41,766 bases of DNA, taken from the IMG/VR virus record IMGVR_UViG_2531839131_000018; one strand, written 5' to 3'. The DNA is from a virus (lineage: Duplodnaviria; Heunggongvirae; Uroviricota; Caudoviricetes). Numbering within the stretch: position 1 is the first letter of the stretch; each line of letters begins with the position of its first letter. The notes beneath the pieces are model-generated. The model was given only the letters and a program-made list of their open reading frames with translations. It made no database searches and was not told where the DNA came from. This document shows positions 7,812 to 15,942 of this stretch, piece by piece. Position numbers and translations under genes: made by a program.

Positions 7812-8777
7812 ATGAAGCTCCTTTTTGCCGAACGCCCGCTGGTTATAAACACACAACTGGCTATGAAAATTGGTTTAAACGAGGCCATTGTGTTGCAGCA
7901 GCTGCATTACTGGCTGAGAGATACCAGTTCCGGCATGGAACACGATGGTGTTCGCTGGATTTATAACACAACGGATCAATGGCTGGAACAGTTTCCGTTC
8001 TGGTCAGAGTCAACGTTAAAGCGCGCGTTCGCAAGCCTGAAAACACAGGGGCTTTTGCGTAGCGAAAAGCTCAATAAGTCGAAGCGCGACATGACCAATT
8101 TCTACACGATTAATTACGAGAGTGAGCTTTTAGATGATGGCAAAGTGAGCGAATCGAGCAGGTCAAAATGCACCGCCCCATCAGGTCAAATTGACGCGAT
8201 GGAAGAGGTCAAAGTGAAACGTTCCATTGGTTCAAAACGACCCAATGTCATCAGGTCAAAATGGCCCGATGATCCTACAGAGATTACTACAGAGATTACT
8301 ACAGAGAATAAAAACACTTCTTGTCCGGACGCTTCGCAACCGGACGGACAGACAGCAGAACAGGATTTTTTAACCCGACATCCTGATGCAGTTGTGTTCA
8401 GTGTAAAAAAACGCCGATGGGGAAGCCAGGAAGATTTGGCGTGTGCGCAGTGGATCTGGGGGCGGGTTGTAAACCTGTACGAACAGGCTGCCAGCGACGA
8501 TGGCGAGATCACGCGACCGAAAGAGCCCAACTGGACGGAATGGGCCAATGACGTGCGCATGATGCGGATGCTGGATGGCAGAACTCACAGGCAAATTTGC
8601 GAAATGTTCAGCCGGGCGCAGCGGGATCCGTTCTGGATAAAAAACGTCAGGAGCCCGTCGAAACTCCGCGAAAAATGGGACGAACTGGCAATTCGTTTGT
8701 GGCGCGGTTCTGCGCAGCGTTGTGTGAATCACATTTCTGAACCGGACACCGAAATTCCGCCGGGATTCAGGGGGTAA
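7812..8777 (+). CDS. Phage replication initiation protein (O-like replisome organiser, 321 aa)
   Basis: Located directly upstream of a DnaC-like loader; contains an internal iteron array (ori) in a low-complexity linker (TEITTEITTE); N-terminal DNA-binding-like region. Confidence 0.75.
   Translation: MKLLFAERPLVINTQLAMKIGLNEAIVLQQLHYWLRDTSSGMEHDGVRWIYNTTDQWLEQFPFWSESTLKRAFASLKTQGLLRSEKLNKSKRDMTNFYTINYESELLDDGKVSESSRSKCTAPSGQIDAMEEVKVKRSIGSKRPNVIRSKWPDDPTEITTEITTENKNTSCPDASQPDGQTAEQDFLTRHPDAVVFSVKKRRWGSQEDLACAQWIWGRVVNLYEQAASDDGEITRPKEPNWTEWANDVRMMRMLDGRTHRQICEMFSRAQRDPFWIKNVRSPSKLREKWDELAIRLWRGSAQRCVNHISEPDTEIPPGFRG
8156..8310. repeat. Iteron array, candidate phage replication origin inside the O-like gene
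   Basis: Copies of (C)AGGTCAAA(A/T)TG at 8159-8170, 8181-8193, 8205-8216, 8252-8263 plus a degenerate copy near 8231; then tandem 12-mers TACAGAGATTAC at 8275-8298 and an A-rich stretch. Confidence 0.6.
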
Positions 8778-8783
8778 CGGGCC

Positions 8784-9530
8784 ATGAAAAATATTGCGAC
8801 AGGTGGTGTTCTTGAGCGTATCCGTAAGCTGGTCCCGCAGCATGTAATCGCGCCGTACCGGACAGTTGACGAGTGGCGAGAGTGGCAACTGGCAGAAGAG
8901 CGAAAACGTAGCGAGGAGATCAACCGCCAGAATCGCCAGTTGCGGGTGGAAAAAATCCTGAATCGTTCGGGCATCCAGCCTCTGCACAGCAAATGCTCGT
9001 TTGCGAATTATCAGGTGCAGAACGACGGGCAAAAACACGCGCTGAGCCAGGCAAAATCCATCGCTGACGAACTGATGACCGGGTGCACGAATTTTGTGTT
9101 CAGTGGTAAGCCGGGTACCGGAAAGAATCACCTTGCAGCCGCCATTGGTAATCATCTTCTGGCGAAAGGTCGCAGCGTGATTGTGATAACGGTGGCTGAT
9201 GTGATGCTGGCGTTACACAACAGCTACGACAACAAAAACTCAGGCGAAAAATTTTTACAGGGGTTGTGTGATGTTGACCTGCTTGTCCTGGATGAAATCG
9301 GAATGCAGCGGGATACGCGCAACGAGCAGGTCACGCTGAACCAGATAGTCGACCGCAGAACGGCTTCGATGCGTAGTGTCGGAATGCTGACGAATCTGAA
9401 CCACGTAGCGATGAGTACGCTTCTTGGCGAGCGTGTAATGGACCGCATGGTCATGAACGGTGGTCGCTGGGTGAATTTTAACTGGGAGAGCTGGCGTTCG
9501 AATGTCAGACACCTGAGGGTTGTGAAGTAA
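8784..9530 (+). CDS. DnaC-like helicase loader (IstB-like AAA+ ATPase, 248 aa)
   Basis: Walker A GKPGTGKNHLAAAIG, Walker B DLLVLDEIG; typical position after the replication initiator. Confidence 0.9.
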   Translation: MKNIATGGVLERIRKLVPQHVIAPYRTVDEWREWQLAEERKRSEEINRQNRQLRVEKILNRSGIQPLHSKCSFANYQVQNDGQKHALSQAKSIADELMTGCTNFVFSGKPGTGKNHLAAAIGNHLLAKGRSVIVITVADVMLALHNSYDNKNSGEKFLQGLCDVDLLVLDEIGMQRDTRNEQVTLNQIVDRRTASMRSVGMLTNLNHVAMSTLLGERVMDRMVMNGGRWVNFNWESWRSNVRHLRVVK

Positions 9531-9551
9531 TTTTGTCCGGAGGAAATTTTA

Positions 9552-10304
9552 ATGGAAACCGTTTTTGACGCGCTGAAAGCAATGGGAAAAGCCACATCCA
9601 TAGAACTTGCTACGCGACTTGATATCAGTCGTGAAGAAGTGCTGAACGAACTATGGGAACTGAAAAAGGCTGGTTTTGTTGATAAAAGCGCGTACACCTG
9701 GCGTGTGGCTGATAACAACGTTCAGCAGGAACAGCCAGCGCAGGCAGAACTGCCGGAAGAAACCACCACAGCAACAGTAGCGAAAATCTCAGAGTGCGAT
9801 TTAACCGCGACGATTGAACAACGCGGACCACAAACGGCGGATGAGCTGGATGCGGTGTTCGGTACCACATCACGCAAAGTGGCTTCAACGCTGGCAATGG
9901 CAATCAGCAAAGGTCGTCTGATTCGCGTAAATCAGGACGGTAAATTTCGTTACTGCATGCCGGGCGATAATTTACCAGCAGAGCCGAAAGCCGCGCTGGT
10001 AACGGAAAGTGATGGTAAGGCCTTTCCTCAGCCAGCAGGTGTTGCGTTACCAGTACAGGAAGTTGCAACACAGGAAGATATAAAAACAGAAACTGTGGCT
10101 GATATTGTGCAATCGTTACCATCGTTTACTGAAACGCGAGCGGATGACCTGGTTTTACCATCGCTGCATATGGCAAACCGCGAATTGCGTCGGGCGAAAA
10201 GTCATGTCCAGAAGTGGGAGCGAGTCTGTGCCGCGCTGCGGGAGCTGAACAAGTACCGGGATATTCTGCGGGATATTGCCGCCACCAGAGAACAGCAGCG
10301 GTGA
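9552..10304 (+). CDS. Hypothetical protein with two winged-helix-like segments (250 aa)
   Basis: ORF with AGGA upstream; repeated motifs [17 protein letters not shown] and [16 protein letters not shown] suggest DNA binding; no family recognised. Confidence 0.55.
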   Translation: METVFDALKAMGKATSIELATRLDISREEVLNELWELKKAGFVDKSAYTWRVADNNVQQEQPAQAELPEETTTATVAKISECDLTATIEQRGPQTADELDAVFGTTSRKVASTLAMAISKGRLIRVNQDGKFRYCMPGDNLPAEPKAALVTESDGKAFPQPAGVALPVQEVATQEDIKTETVADIVQSLPSFTETRADDLVLPSLHMANRELRRAKSHVQKWERVCAALRELNKYRDILRDIAATREQQR

Positions 10305-10618
10305 GTGGCTGGGAGAAGTGGTGCCGTGCGGAAATTATGATACTCCGGCAGTGTGCGGGAGCGATGACAGTCGAAAGCATCGGTTATCTGATTGGCCGTA
10401 GTGAGTCAGCCGTCAGGACGAAAGCGCGGGAACTGGGTATCAGTCTGATGTTGCGGGGTGATTTTCACCAGTCGGTAAAAATTCCCCAGAGCAGTGTTGA
10501 GGTGATACGACAGCTACATGAGCAGGGCATTTCAGGTCGCGAGATAGCGGAAAAATTCGAAATGCCGCTGCGCACGGTGAATAACTATGTTTATTTCGAC
10601 AGGAGGGTACAAGGGTGA
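10303..10618 (+). CDS. Hypothetical HTH-containing protein (about 105 aa; start uncertain, GTG 10303 or ATG 10337)
   Basis: Two HTH-like segments (ESIGYLIGRSESAVRTKAREL, SGREIAEKFEMPLRTVNNY); start overlaps upstream stop. Confidence 0.45.
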
Positions 10619-11022
10619 GGGTTTATATCGCCGGTCCAATGACGGGGTATGAAAATTTCAACCGTGAGGCGTTTCACAAGGCAGAAGAGGAACTGAAACG
10701 GGAAGGGCATACAGTCTTGAACCCGGCAGTACTTCCGGACGGGCTGACACAGCCGCACTACATGGATATCTGCATGGCAATGATACGTAGCGTGGATGCG
10801 ATTTATATGCTGAAAGACTGGCAACGGTCAGCAGGCGCTAAAGCGGAAATGGCTCTGGCGGAGAAGCTAGGGCATGTGGTTGTTTTTCAGAGGGGGCGAT
10901 ATGCCGATTCTCTGGTTTCAGGAGGTGTGGGAAAAAGAAATGTGGGAAGGTCTTGTGATTGTGGCCGAAACAGTTCTTTTATTATGGTCTGTGATTGCGT
11001 GTATTTTTATGATTTATTGTGA
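10615..11022 (+). CDS. DUF4406-like / nucleoside 2-deoxyribosyltransferase-like protein (135 aa)
   Basis: N-terminal MRVYIAGPMTGYENFNREAF is the hallmark opening of DUF4406 proteins (from memory); AGGAGGG Shine-Dalgarno 7 nt upstream of a GTG start overlapping the upstream stop. Confidence 0.65.
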   Translation: MRVYIAGPMTGYENFNREAFHKAEEELKREGHTVLNPAVLPDGLTQPHYMDICMAMIRSVDAIYMLKDWQRSAGAKAEMALAEKLGHVVVFQRGRYADSLVSGGVGKRNVGRSCDCGRNSSFIMVCDCVYFYDLL

Positions 11023-11129
11023 ATGATGTGAATCTCGCGGTGGCCACTGAATTGCAACCATTACCCCCTGTGATGTAATTGTGGGGTAATGGTTGCGCAG
11101 GCATAGCGACAGGACTGGATGAGAAAAAT

Positions 11130-11552
11130 ATGACAAAATTTACCAGAGAGCAATTGATTGCTCATGCTAATGAAAGTGTGAAATCCATGAAATTTGCTGC
11201 GGGACAGACCGCGTTTAAGACTTCAAGAGTTGCCATTGAAATGGATCTTGCACTTGCCCGTATTGCGCTTGCCTCACTTGAAGCAATGCCAGTTGCATGG
11301 TCCTGTGCTAACAATATGGTTTTGTTCAATGCTGAATCTGTTGCGGCATACGCAAAACACTCAGCCATTGCGCCAAAACCCCTGTACGCTGCGCAACCGG
11401 CATCACTTTCACATGAGGAAGAGTTGACAATGCTGGTTAAACAATTGGTAAGTCAGTTGAAAAAAGCGAAACCAGATTGCAAATTACCGGAGAAGGCGAT
11501 GGACTACCTGAAGCGGAACGAACTGATAAGTGCAGAGGATGTTTTACGATGA
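11130..11552 (+). CDS. Hypothetical protein (140 aa)
   Basis: ATG with GGATGAG upstream; ORF MTKFTREQLIAHANESVKSMKF...; no family recognised. Confidence 0.5.
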   Translation: MTKFTREQLIAHANESVKSMKFAAGQTAFKTSRVAIEMDLALARIALASLEAMPVAWSCANNMVLFNAESVAAYAKHSAIAPKPLYAAQPASLSHEEELTMLVKQLVSQLKKAKPDCKLPEKAMDYLKRNELISAEDVLR

Positions 11553-11632
11553 CCTGGCCGGAGGCATTCACAACGACAGGAATTGCAATGGCGGTAGCAC
11601 TTGTTGTGTATTCGATTTGCCGCTGGGGATAA
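11549..11632 (+). CDS. Possible small hydrophobic peptide (27 aa), translationally coupled
   Basis: ATGA overlap with upstream stop; MTWPEAFTTTGIAMAVALVVYSICRWG has one transmembrane-like segment. Too short to be confident. Confidence 0.25.
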   Translation: MTWPEAFTTTGIAMAVALVVYSICRWG

Positions 11633-11843
11633 AAACGGTTTGCAGTGAAAGGGGAGTTAAGTAGAATTGCTGCGGGTGCTTGAGGCTATCTGTCTCAGGC
11701 ATGAACACCAAAAGGCAGATAGAGAAAAGCCCCAGTTAACATTACGCGTCCTGCAAGACGCTTAACATTAATCTGAGGCCCAATCTATGTCTCACAAATG
11801 TAGGTTAGCCTCTTACGTGCCGAAAGGCAAGGAGAAGCAGGCT

Positions 11844-11999
11844 ATGAAGCAGCAAAAGGCGATGTTAATCGCCCTTATCGTCATCTGTTTAACCGTCATA
11901 GTGACGGCACTGGTAACGAGGAAAGACCTCTGCGAGGTACGAATCCGAACCGGCCAGACGGAGGTCGCTGTCTTCACAGCTTACGAACCTGAGGAGTAA
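11844..11999 (+). CDS. hok: Hok/Gef-family type I toxin (51 aa), closest to HokD/RelF from memory
   Basis: MKQQKAMLIALIVICLTVIVTALVTRKDLCEVRIRTGQTEVAVFTAYEPEE shows the Hok signature (transmembrane segment, conserved Cys, C-terminal EVAVF..YE); an in-frame upstream ATG at 11787 gives a mok-like extension. Confidence 0.85.
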   Translation: MKQQKAMLIALIVICLTVIVTALVTRKDLCEVRIRTGQTEVAVFTAYEPEE

Positions 12000-12142
12000 G
12001 AGACCAGGCGGGGGAGAAATCCCTCGCCACCTCTGATGTGCCAGGCATCCTCAACGCACCCGCACTTAACCCGCTTCGGCGTTTTTTCCGTTGATTAACT
12101 CTAGTTATTAGAGAACCGAACTTTTATTGATGGGGCAGGGAG

Positions 12143-12535
12143 ATGAAGAAACTTGTTTTAGTCGCAGGTGTAATGATTGCAACAGTAATGTTGGGGGGGT
12201 GTGCAGCAAAGGTCGATCCAGCGTTGAAAGCAGAAGCAATGAAGCCACTAATATGTAATGATGAAAAGCAATGTGACTTTTATTGGAAACGAGCGCAATT
12301 CTGGTTGGCTAATAATTCCTCATGGAAAATTCAAACGGCGACAGACACGCTAATTTCCACTTATAATCCCTCACCAAATAGTCCATTCCTCGCTTATCAA
12401 GTGAGTAAAATGCCAAATGAAGATGGATCCTCAAGAATTTTCATCAAGCCTTTTTGCGATAATATGTTTGGCTGTCAACCAAACCCCTATCAGGCAGTTG
12501 TTTCCTTTAAAAACTTCGTTAAAACAGGGCAGTAG
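12143..12535 (+). CDS. Lipoprotein (130 aa), candidate moron
   Basis: Signal peptide with lipobox VMLGGC (Cys20); Cys-rich mature domain; GGGAG Shine-Dalgarno upstream. Confidence 0.65.
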   Translation: MKKLVLVAGVMIATVMLGGCAAKVDPALKAEAMKPLICNDEKQCDFYWKRAQFWLANNSSWKIQTATDTLISTYNPSPNSPFLAYQVSKMPNEDGSSRIFIKPFCDNMFGCQPNPYQAVVSFKNFVKTGQ

Positions 12536-12734
12536 TGTATAGCTTGGACGATAAATTATTAGTGAAAACGCCGTAAACCCTCACCCAATGTGGACTAAGC
12601 CTATCAAACATGACTGTGATGATTAGTCCGTAGTTGTTGCCTATGAAATCTGGATTGAGTCAGGGTTTAATCCAATAATTATTCTATCGTTCCTTTACAA
12701 GTCCGGTATATTACTTTCAGTTTGTTTTAGCATA

Positions 12735-12759
12735 CCCGCTTCGGCGGGTTTTGTTTTTT
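12735..12759 (+). terminator. Rho-independent terminator
   Basis: CCCGC-TTCG-GCGGG hairpin followed by TTTTGTTTTTT. Confidence 0.6.
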
Positions 12760-12831
12760 CCTGGCATTCTGGTTTACAATTCGCACGCCAGCCTGAACAA
12801 CTGGCACCTGCTGCGCCAGCAGAGACAACCG

Positions 12832-13110
12832 ATGGCGCACGATACCAAATTACACAATTCTAATGATTCTGCCGCCTTTGCCAGCAGGCACGGGCGGCGT
12901 TCTCATGCATTCAAACCTGACTGGTTCCAGCATGCCCCCTGCACTGAAGAGCAGGCCGAGTGGCTGATTCAGAACTATCGCAGACGTGGGTATGAGTTTA
13001 GGAAAGCCCTCACCCTCGATTATCGTCACTGGATAATCTACGTCAGGCTCCCTTATTCCGAACGCCCACCACGCCCGTCCCGCACATTCCAGCAACGCAT
13101 CTGGAGGTAA
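12832..13110 (+). CDS. Hypothetical nin-region protein (92 aa)
   Basis: ORF MAHDTKLHNSNDSAAF... ending 2 nt before the DUF968 gene; basic, Trp/Tyr-rich; no family recognised. Confidence 0.45.
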   Translation: MAHDTKLHNSNDSAAFASRHGRRSHAFKPDWFQHAPCTEEQAEWLIQNYRRRGYEFRKALTLDYRHWIIYVRLPYSERPPRPSRTFQQRIWR

Positions 13111-13111
13111 C

Positions 13112-14161
13112 GTGCGGGTATTACTTCGACCTGTTCTGGTACCGGAACTCGGGCTGGTGGTCGTTAAGCCGGGCCGTGAATCCATGCCGGTATTCCACAA
13201 TACCCGGGTACTGGTGGAGCCGGAACCGAAAAGCATGCGTAATCTGCCGTCCGGGGTCGTTCCTGCCGTTCGCCAGCCGCTGGTGGAAGACAAAACATTG
13301 CTGCCGTTTTTCAGTAACGCACGGGTGATTCGTGCTGCTGGTGGTGCTGGTGCATTGTCTGACTGGCTGTTGCGCCATATTAAATCCTGCCAGTGGCCAC
13401 ACGGCGATTATCATCACAGCGAAACCGTTATTCACCGATATGGTACCGGCGCAATGGTGTTGTGCTGGCACTGCGACAACCAGCTGCGTGACCAGACATC
13501 CGAATCACTCGAGCAACTTGCTCATCAAAACCTGTCAGCATGGATGATTGACGTCATCGGTCACGCAATAAGCGGTACGCAGGAGCGTGAATTATCTCTG
13601 GCTGAATTATCCTGGTGGGCGGTCCGCAATCAGCTGGCGGACGCGCTACCGGAAGCGGTATTACGTCGCTCGCTGGGATTACCAGCGGAAAAAATCTGCT
13701 CGGTGTACCGCGAAAGCGACATCGTACCGGGAGAGCAGACCGCCACCAGCATATTGAAACAGCGCACAAAAAATCTTGCACCGTTGCCTCACGCCCACCA
13801 GCAACAAAACCCATCACAGGAAAAGACGGTGGTAAGCATCACCGTTGATCCGGAGTCTCCGGAATCTTTCATGAGGCGACCTAAACGTCGCCGTTGGGTA
13901 AATGAGAAATATACGCGCTGGGTGAAGACACAGCCGTGTGCGTGTTGTGGTAAGCCAGCCGACGATCCCCATCACCTGATTGGTCATGGTCAGGGCGGAA
14001 TGGGAACAAAATCCCACGATATTTTTACGCTACCACTGTGCCGGGAGCATCACAATGAACTTCATGCTGATCCGCTGGCATTTGAAGAAAAGCATGGTTC
14101 CCAGATTGATTTAACTTTTCGTTTTCTTGATTACGCCTTTGCAACCGGCGTGCTCGGGTAA
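13112..14161 (+). CDS. DUF968-like protein with C-terminal HNH-like motif (YdfU-like, 349 aa)
   Basis: GTG start with GGAGG upstream; C-terminal CACCGKPADDPHHLIGHGQGGMGTKSHDIFTLPLCREHHNELH; position before rusA and Q as in other lambdoid prophages. Confidence 0.75.
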   Translation: MRVLLRPVLVPELGLVVVKPGRESMPVFHNTRVLVEPEPKSMRNLPSGVVPAVRQPLVEDKTLLPFFSNARVIRAAGGAGALSDWLLRHIKSCQWPHGDYHHSETVIHRYGTGAMVLCWHCDNQLRDQTSESLEQLAHQNLSAWMIDVIGHAISGTQERELSLAELSWWAVRNQLADALPEAVLRRSLGLPAEKICSVYRESDIVPGEQTATSILKQRTKNLAPLPHAHQQQNPSQEKTVVSITVDPESPESFMRRPKRRRWVNEKYTRWVKTQPCACCGKPADDPHHLIGHGQGGMGTKSHDIFTLPLCREHHNELHADPLAFEEKHGSQIDLTFRFLDYAFATGVLG

Positions 14162-14173
14162 AAGAGGTTACTG

Positions 14174-14548
14174 ATGCGTATAGAGTTTGTTTTGCCTTAC
14201 CCGCCAATGGTGAACACCTACTGGCGACGTCGTGGCAGCACATATTTTGTATCAAAAGCCGGTGAGCGTTATCGCCGGGATGTGGCGCTTATTGTTCGCC
14301 AGCAGCGACTGAAATTAAATCTGTCCGGAAGGCTGGCGATAAAGATTATTGCAGAGCCACCGGATAAGCGCCGTCGTGACCTGGACAATATTCTGAAAGC
14401 ACCACTTGATGCACTGACACACGCGGGGTTGCTTATCGACGACGAGCAGTTTGATGAAATTAATATTGTGCGCGGTCAGGTCGTTCCTGGTGGTCGGCTG
14501 GGCGTGAAGATTTACGAAATAATGCATGACGGGCAGGTCAAAAAATGA
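14174..14548 (+). CDS. rusA: Holliday junction resolvase RusA (124 aa)
   Basis: Matches RusA layout and motifs (PPMVNTYWRRRG..., RRRDLDNILKAPLDALTHAGLLIDDEQ); typical nin-region position. Confidence 0.85.
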   Translation: MRIEFVLPYPPMVNTYWRRRGSTYFVSKAGERYRRDVALIVRQQRLKLNLSGRLAIKIIAEPPDKRRRDLDNILKAPLDALTHAGLLIDDEQFDEINIVRGQVVPGGRLGVKIYEIMHDGQVKK

Positions 14549-15366
14549 AGCTGGAAGATTTACCGAAATACTATTCCCCAAAATCGCCTGGCCTGACTGA
14601 TGCATCCGCCTCGACGTCAAAAGATGCGCTTAGTATCACTGATGTGATGGCTGCGCAGGGCATGACACAGAATCGGGCTGAGATGGGGTTTTCTGCGTTC
14701 CTGGGGAAAATGGGCATCAGTATGAATGACAGGGCGCGGGCAACAGAATTACTGGCAGATTATGCACTCAGTCGGTGCGATCGTGTGGCGGCGTTGAGAA
14801 AACTTCCGGCAGAAATAAAACCGGTAGTGATGCGCATTATGGCTTCGTATGCTTTTGAGGATTATGCCCGCAGTGCAGCGAGTAAAAAGCAGTGTTCTTG
14901 TTGCCGTGGGGAAAAATTTATTGAAAGCGAAGTTTTTACAAACAAGGTTCAGTATCCGGATGGTAAGCCGCCAGTATGGGCAAAGTGCACAAAAGGCGTG
15001 TATCCGTCTTATTGGGAAGAATGGAAAAAAATCCGGGAGGTGGTGAAAGTTTCCTGTCCTGAATGTAAAGGGAAGGGAGAGATCTCCACTGCCTGTAAAG
15101 ACTGCCGTGGGCGTGGTGTTGCCATTCATCGTGAAGAGTCAGAAAAACGGGGTATGCCTGTTATCAGGGACTGCCGGCGTTGTGGCGGTCGTGGCTATGA
15201 AAGACTGCCATCAACGGAGGCATTTAATGCCATATGCAAAGTGACGAGTGCTATCACACTTGATACATGGAAAAAATCAGTGAAACGCTTTTACGATACG
15301 TTGGTGGTTCGGTTTGACATTGAAGAGGCATGGGCGGAGCGGCAGTTAAAGAGGGTAACGCGATAG
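14545..15366 (+). CDS. Late-gene antiterminator Q-like protein (273 aa)
   Basis: ATGA overlap with rusA stop; Cys-rich zinc-finger-like cluster (CPECKGKG..CKDCRGRG..CRRCGGRG); immediately upstream of a promoter plus short terminator. Confidence 0.7.
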   Translation: MKLEDLPKYYSPKSPGLTDASASTSKDALSITDVMAAQGMTQNRAEMGFSAFLGKMGISMNDRARATELLADYALSRCDRVAALRKLPAEIKPVVMRIMASYAFEDYARSAASKKQCSCCRGEKFIESEVFTNKVQYPDGKPPVWAKCTKGVYPSYWEEWKKIREVVKVSCPECKGKGEISTACKDCRGRGVAIHREESEKRGMPVIRDCRRCGGRGYERLPSTEAFNAICKVTSAITLDTWKKSVKRFYDTLVVRFDIEEAWAERQLKRVTR

Positions 15367-15371
15367 TGTTG

Positions 15372-15399
15372 TTGATTTTTCCCGAATCTGTGGTAAATT
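15372..15399 (+). promoter_or_regulatory. Candidate late promoter (PR'-like) downstream of Q
   Basis: TTGATT (15372-15377), 16-nt spacer, TAAATT (15394-15399); followed about 50 nt later by an intrinsic terminator. Confidence 0.45.
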
Positions 15400-15448
15400 A
15401 ACCCTAACGATGGGCGTTTTATGCCTGACGTTAGAAGAATTTTTACAA

Positions 15449-15472
15449 CCCGCCACCGAGCGGGTTTTTTAT
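15449..15472 (+). terminator. Rho-independent terminator (tR'-like, candidate target of Q antitermination)
   Basis: CCCGC-CACCGA-GCGGG hairpin followed by TTTTTTATT. Confidence 0.65.
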
Positions 15473-15594
15473 TGCCTGAAAAACGGCACAGGACGTTAAA
15501 TGCGCTGGTGGTTGCGAATACTGGCCTTTCAACTTGCTGGCTTTTTCGACAAGAGTTATTGGTATGTCACGTTAACCAGAAAAGGGAAAAAGAC

Positions 15595-15792
15595 ATGCTA
15601 AAACAGCAGGATATGACCGAAACCGCCAGAGTGGTGTTTAATGAATTAAGCGTCACCGAACCGGCGACCGTCGGGGAGATTGCGCAGAATACTTACCTTT
15701 CACGCGAACGCTGCCAGTTAATACTGACCCAGCTTGTTATGGCGGGTCTGGCAGATTATCAGTTCGGTTGTTACAGACGCCTTCCGCGGTGA
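15595..15792 (+). CDS. Small hypothetical protein, possibly winged-helix (65 aa)
   Basis: MLKQQDMTETARVVFNELSVTEPATVGEIAQNTYLSRERCQLIL resembles a wHTH recognition segment; weak Shine-Dalgarno. Confidence 0.4.
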   Translation: MLKQQDMTETARVVFNELSVTEPATVGEIAQNTYLSRERCQLILTQLVMAGLADYQFGCYRRLPR

Positions 15793-15942
15793 AGGTTTTT
15801 TAATTTGTGGTAATGGGCGGCTGGTGGGTGTTAGCGGCACCTGCCAGCCATCTGCTCATGCGTTGTGGTCACAAGCAAACCTCAGGCCCATCTGCTTTGC
15901 GCAAAAGCGGTATGAGCCTATCAGAGAAGTGCTTATTGATCT

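Noticed and set aside
8370-9155. 261-aa minus-strand ORF overlapping the O-like and DnaC-like genes
   Set aside because: Antisense to two well-supported plus-strand replication genes; no ribosome-binding site and no recognisable motifs.
12070-12087. Short hairpin plus T-run after the hok gene as a terminator
   Set aside because: The stem is only 3-4 bp (CGC-TTCG-GCG); it may contribute to hok mRNA 3' structure, but it is too weak to call a terminator.
15421-15594. N-terminal extension of the ORF listed as 15421-15792
   Set aside because: The upstream ATG lies inside the candidate late-promoter and terminator region and the frame would read through the terminator hairpin; the internal start at 15595 is preferred.
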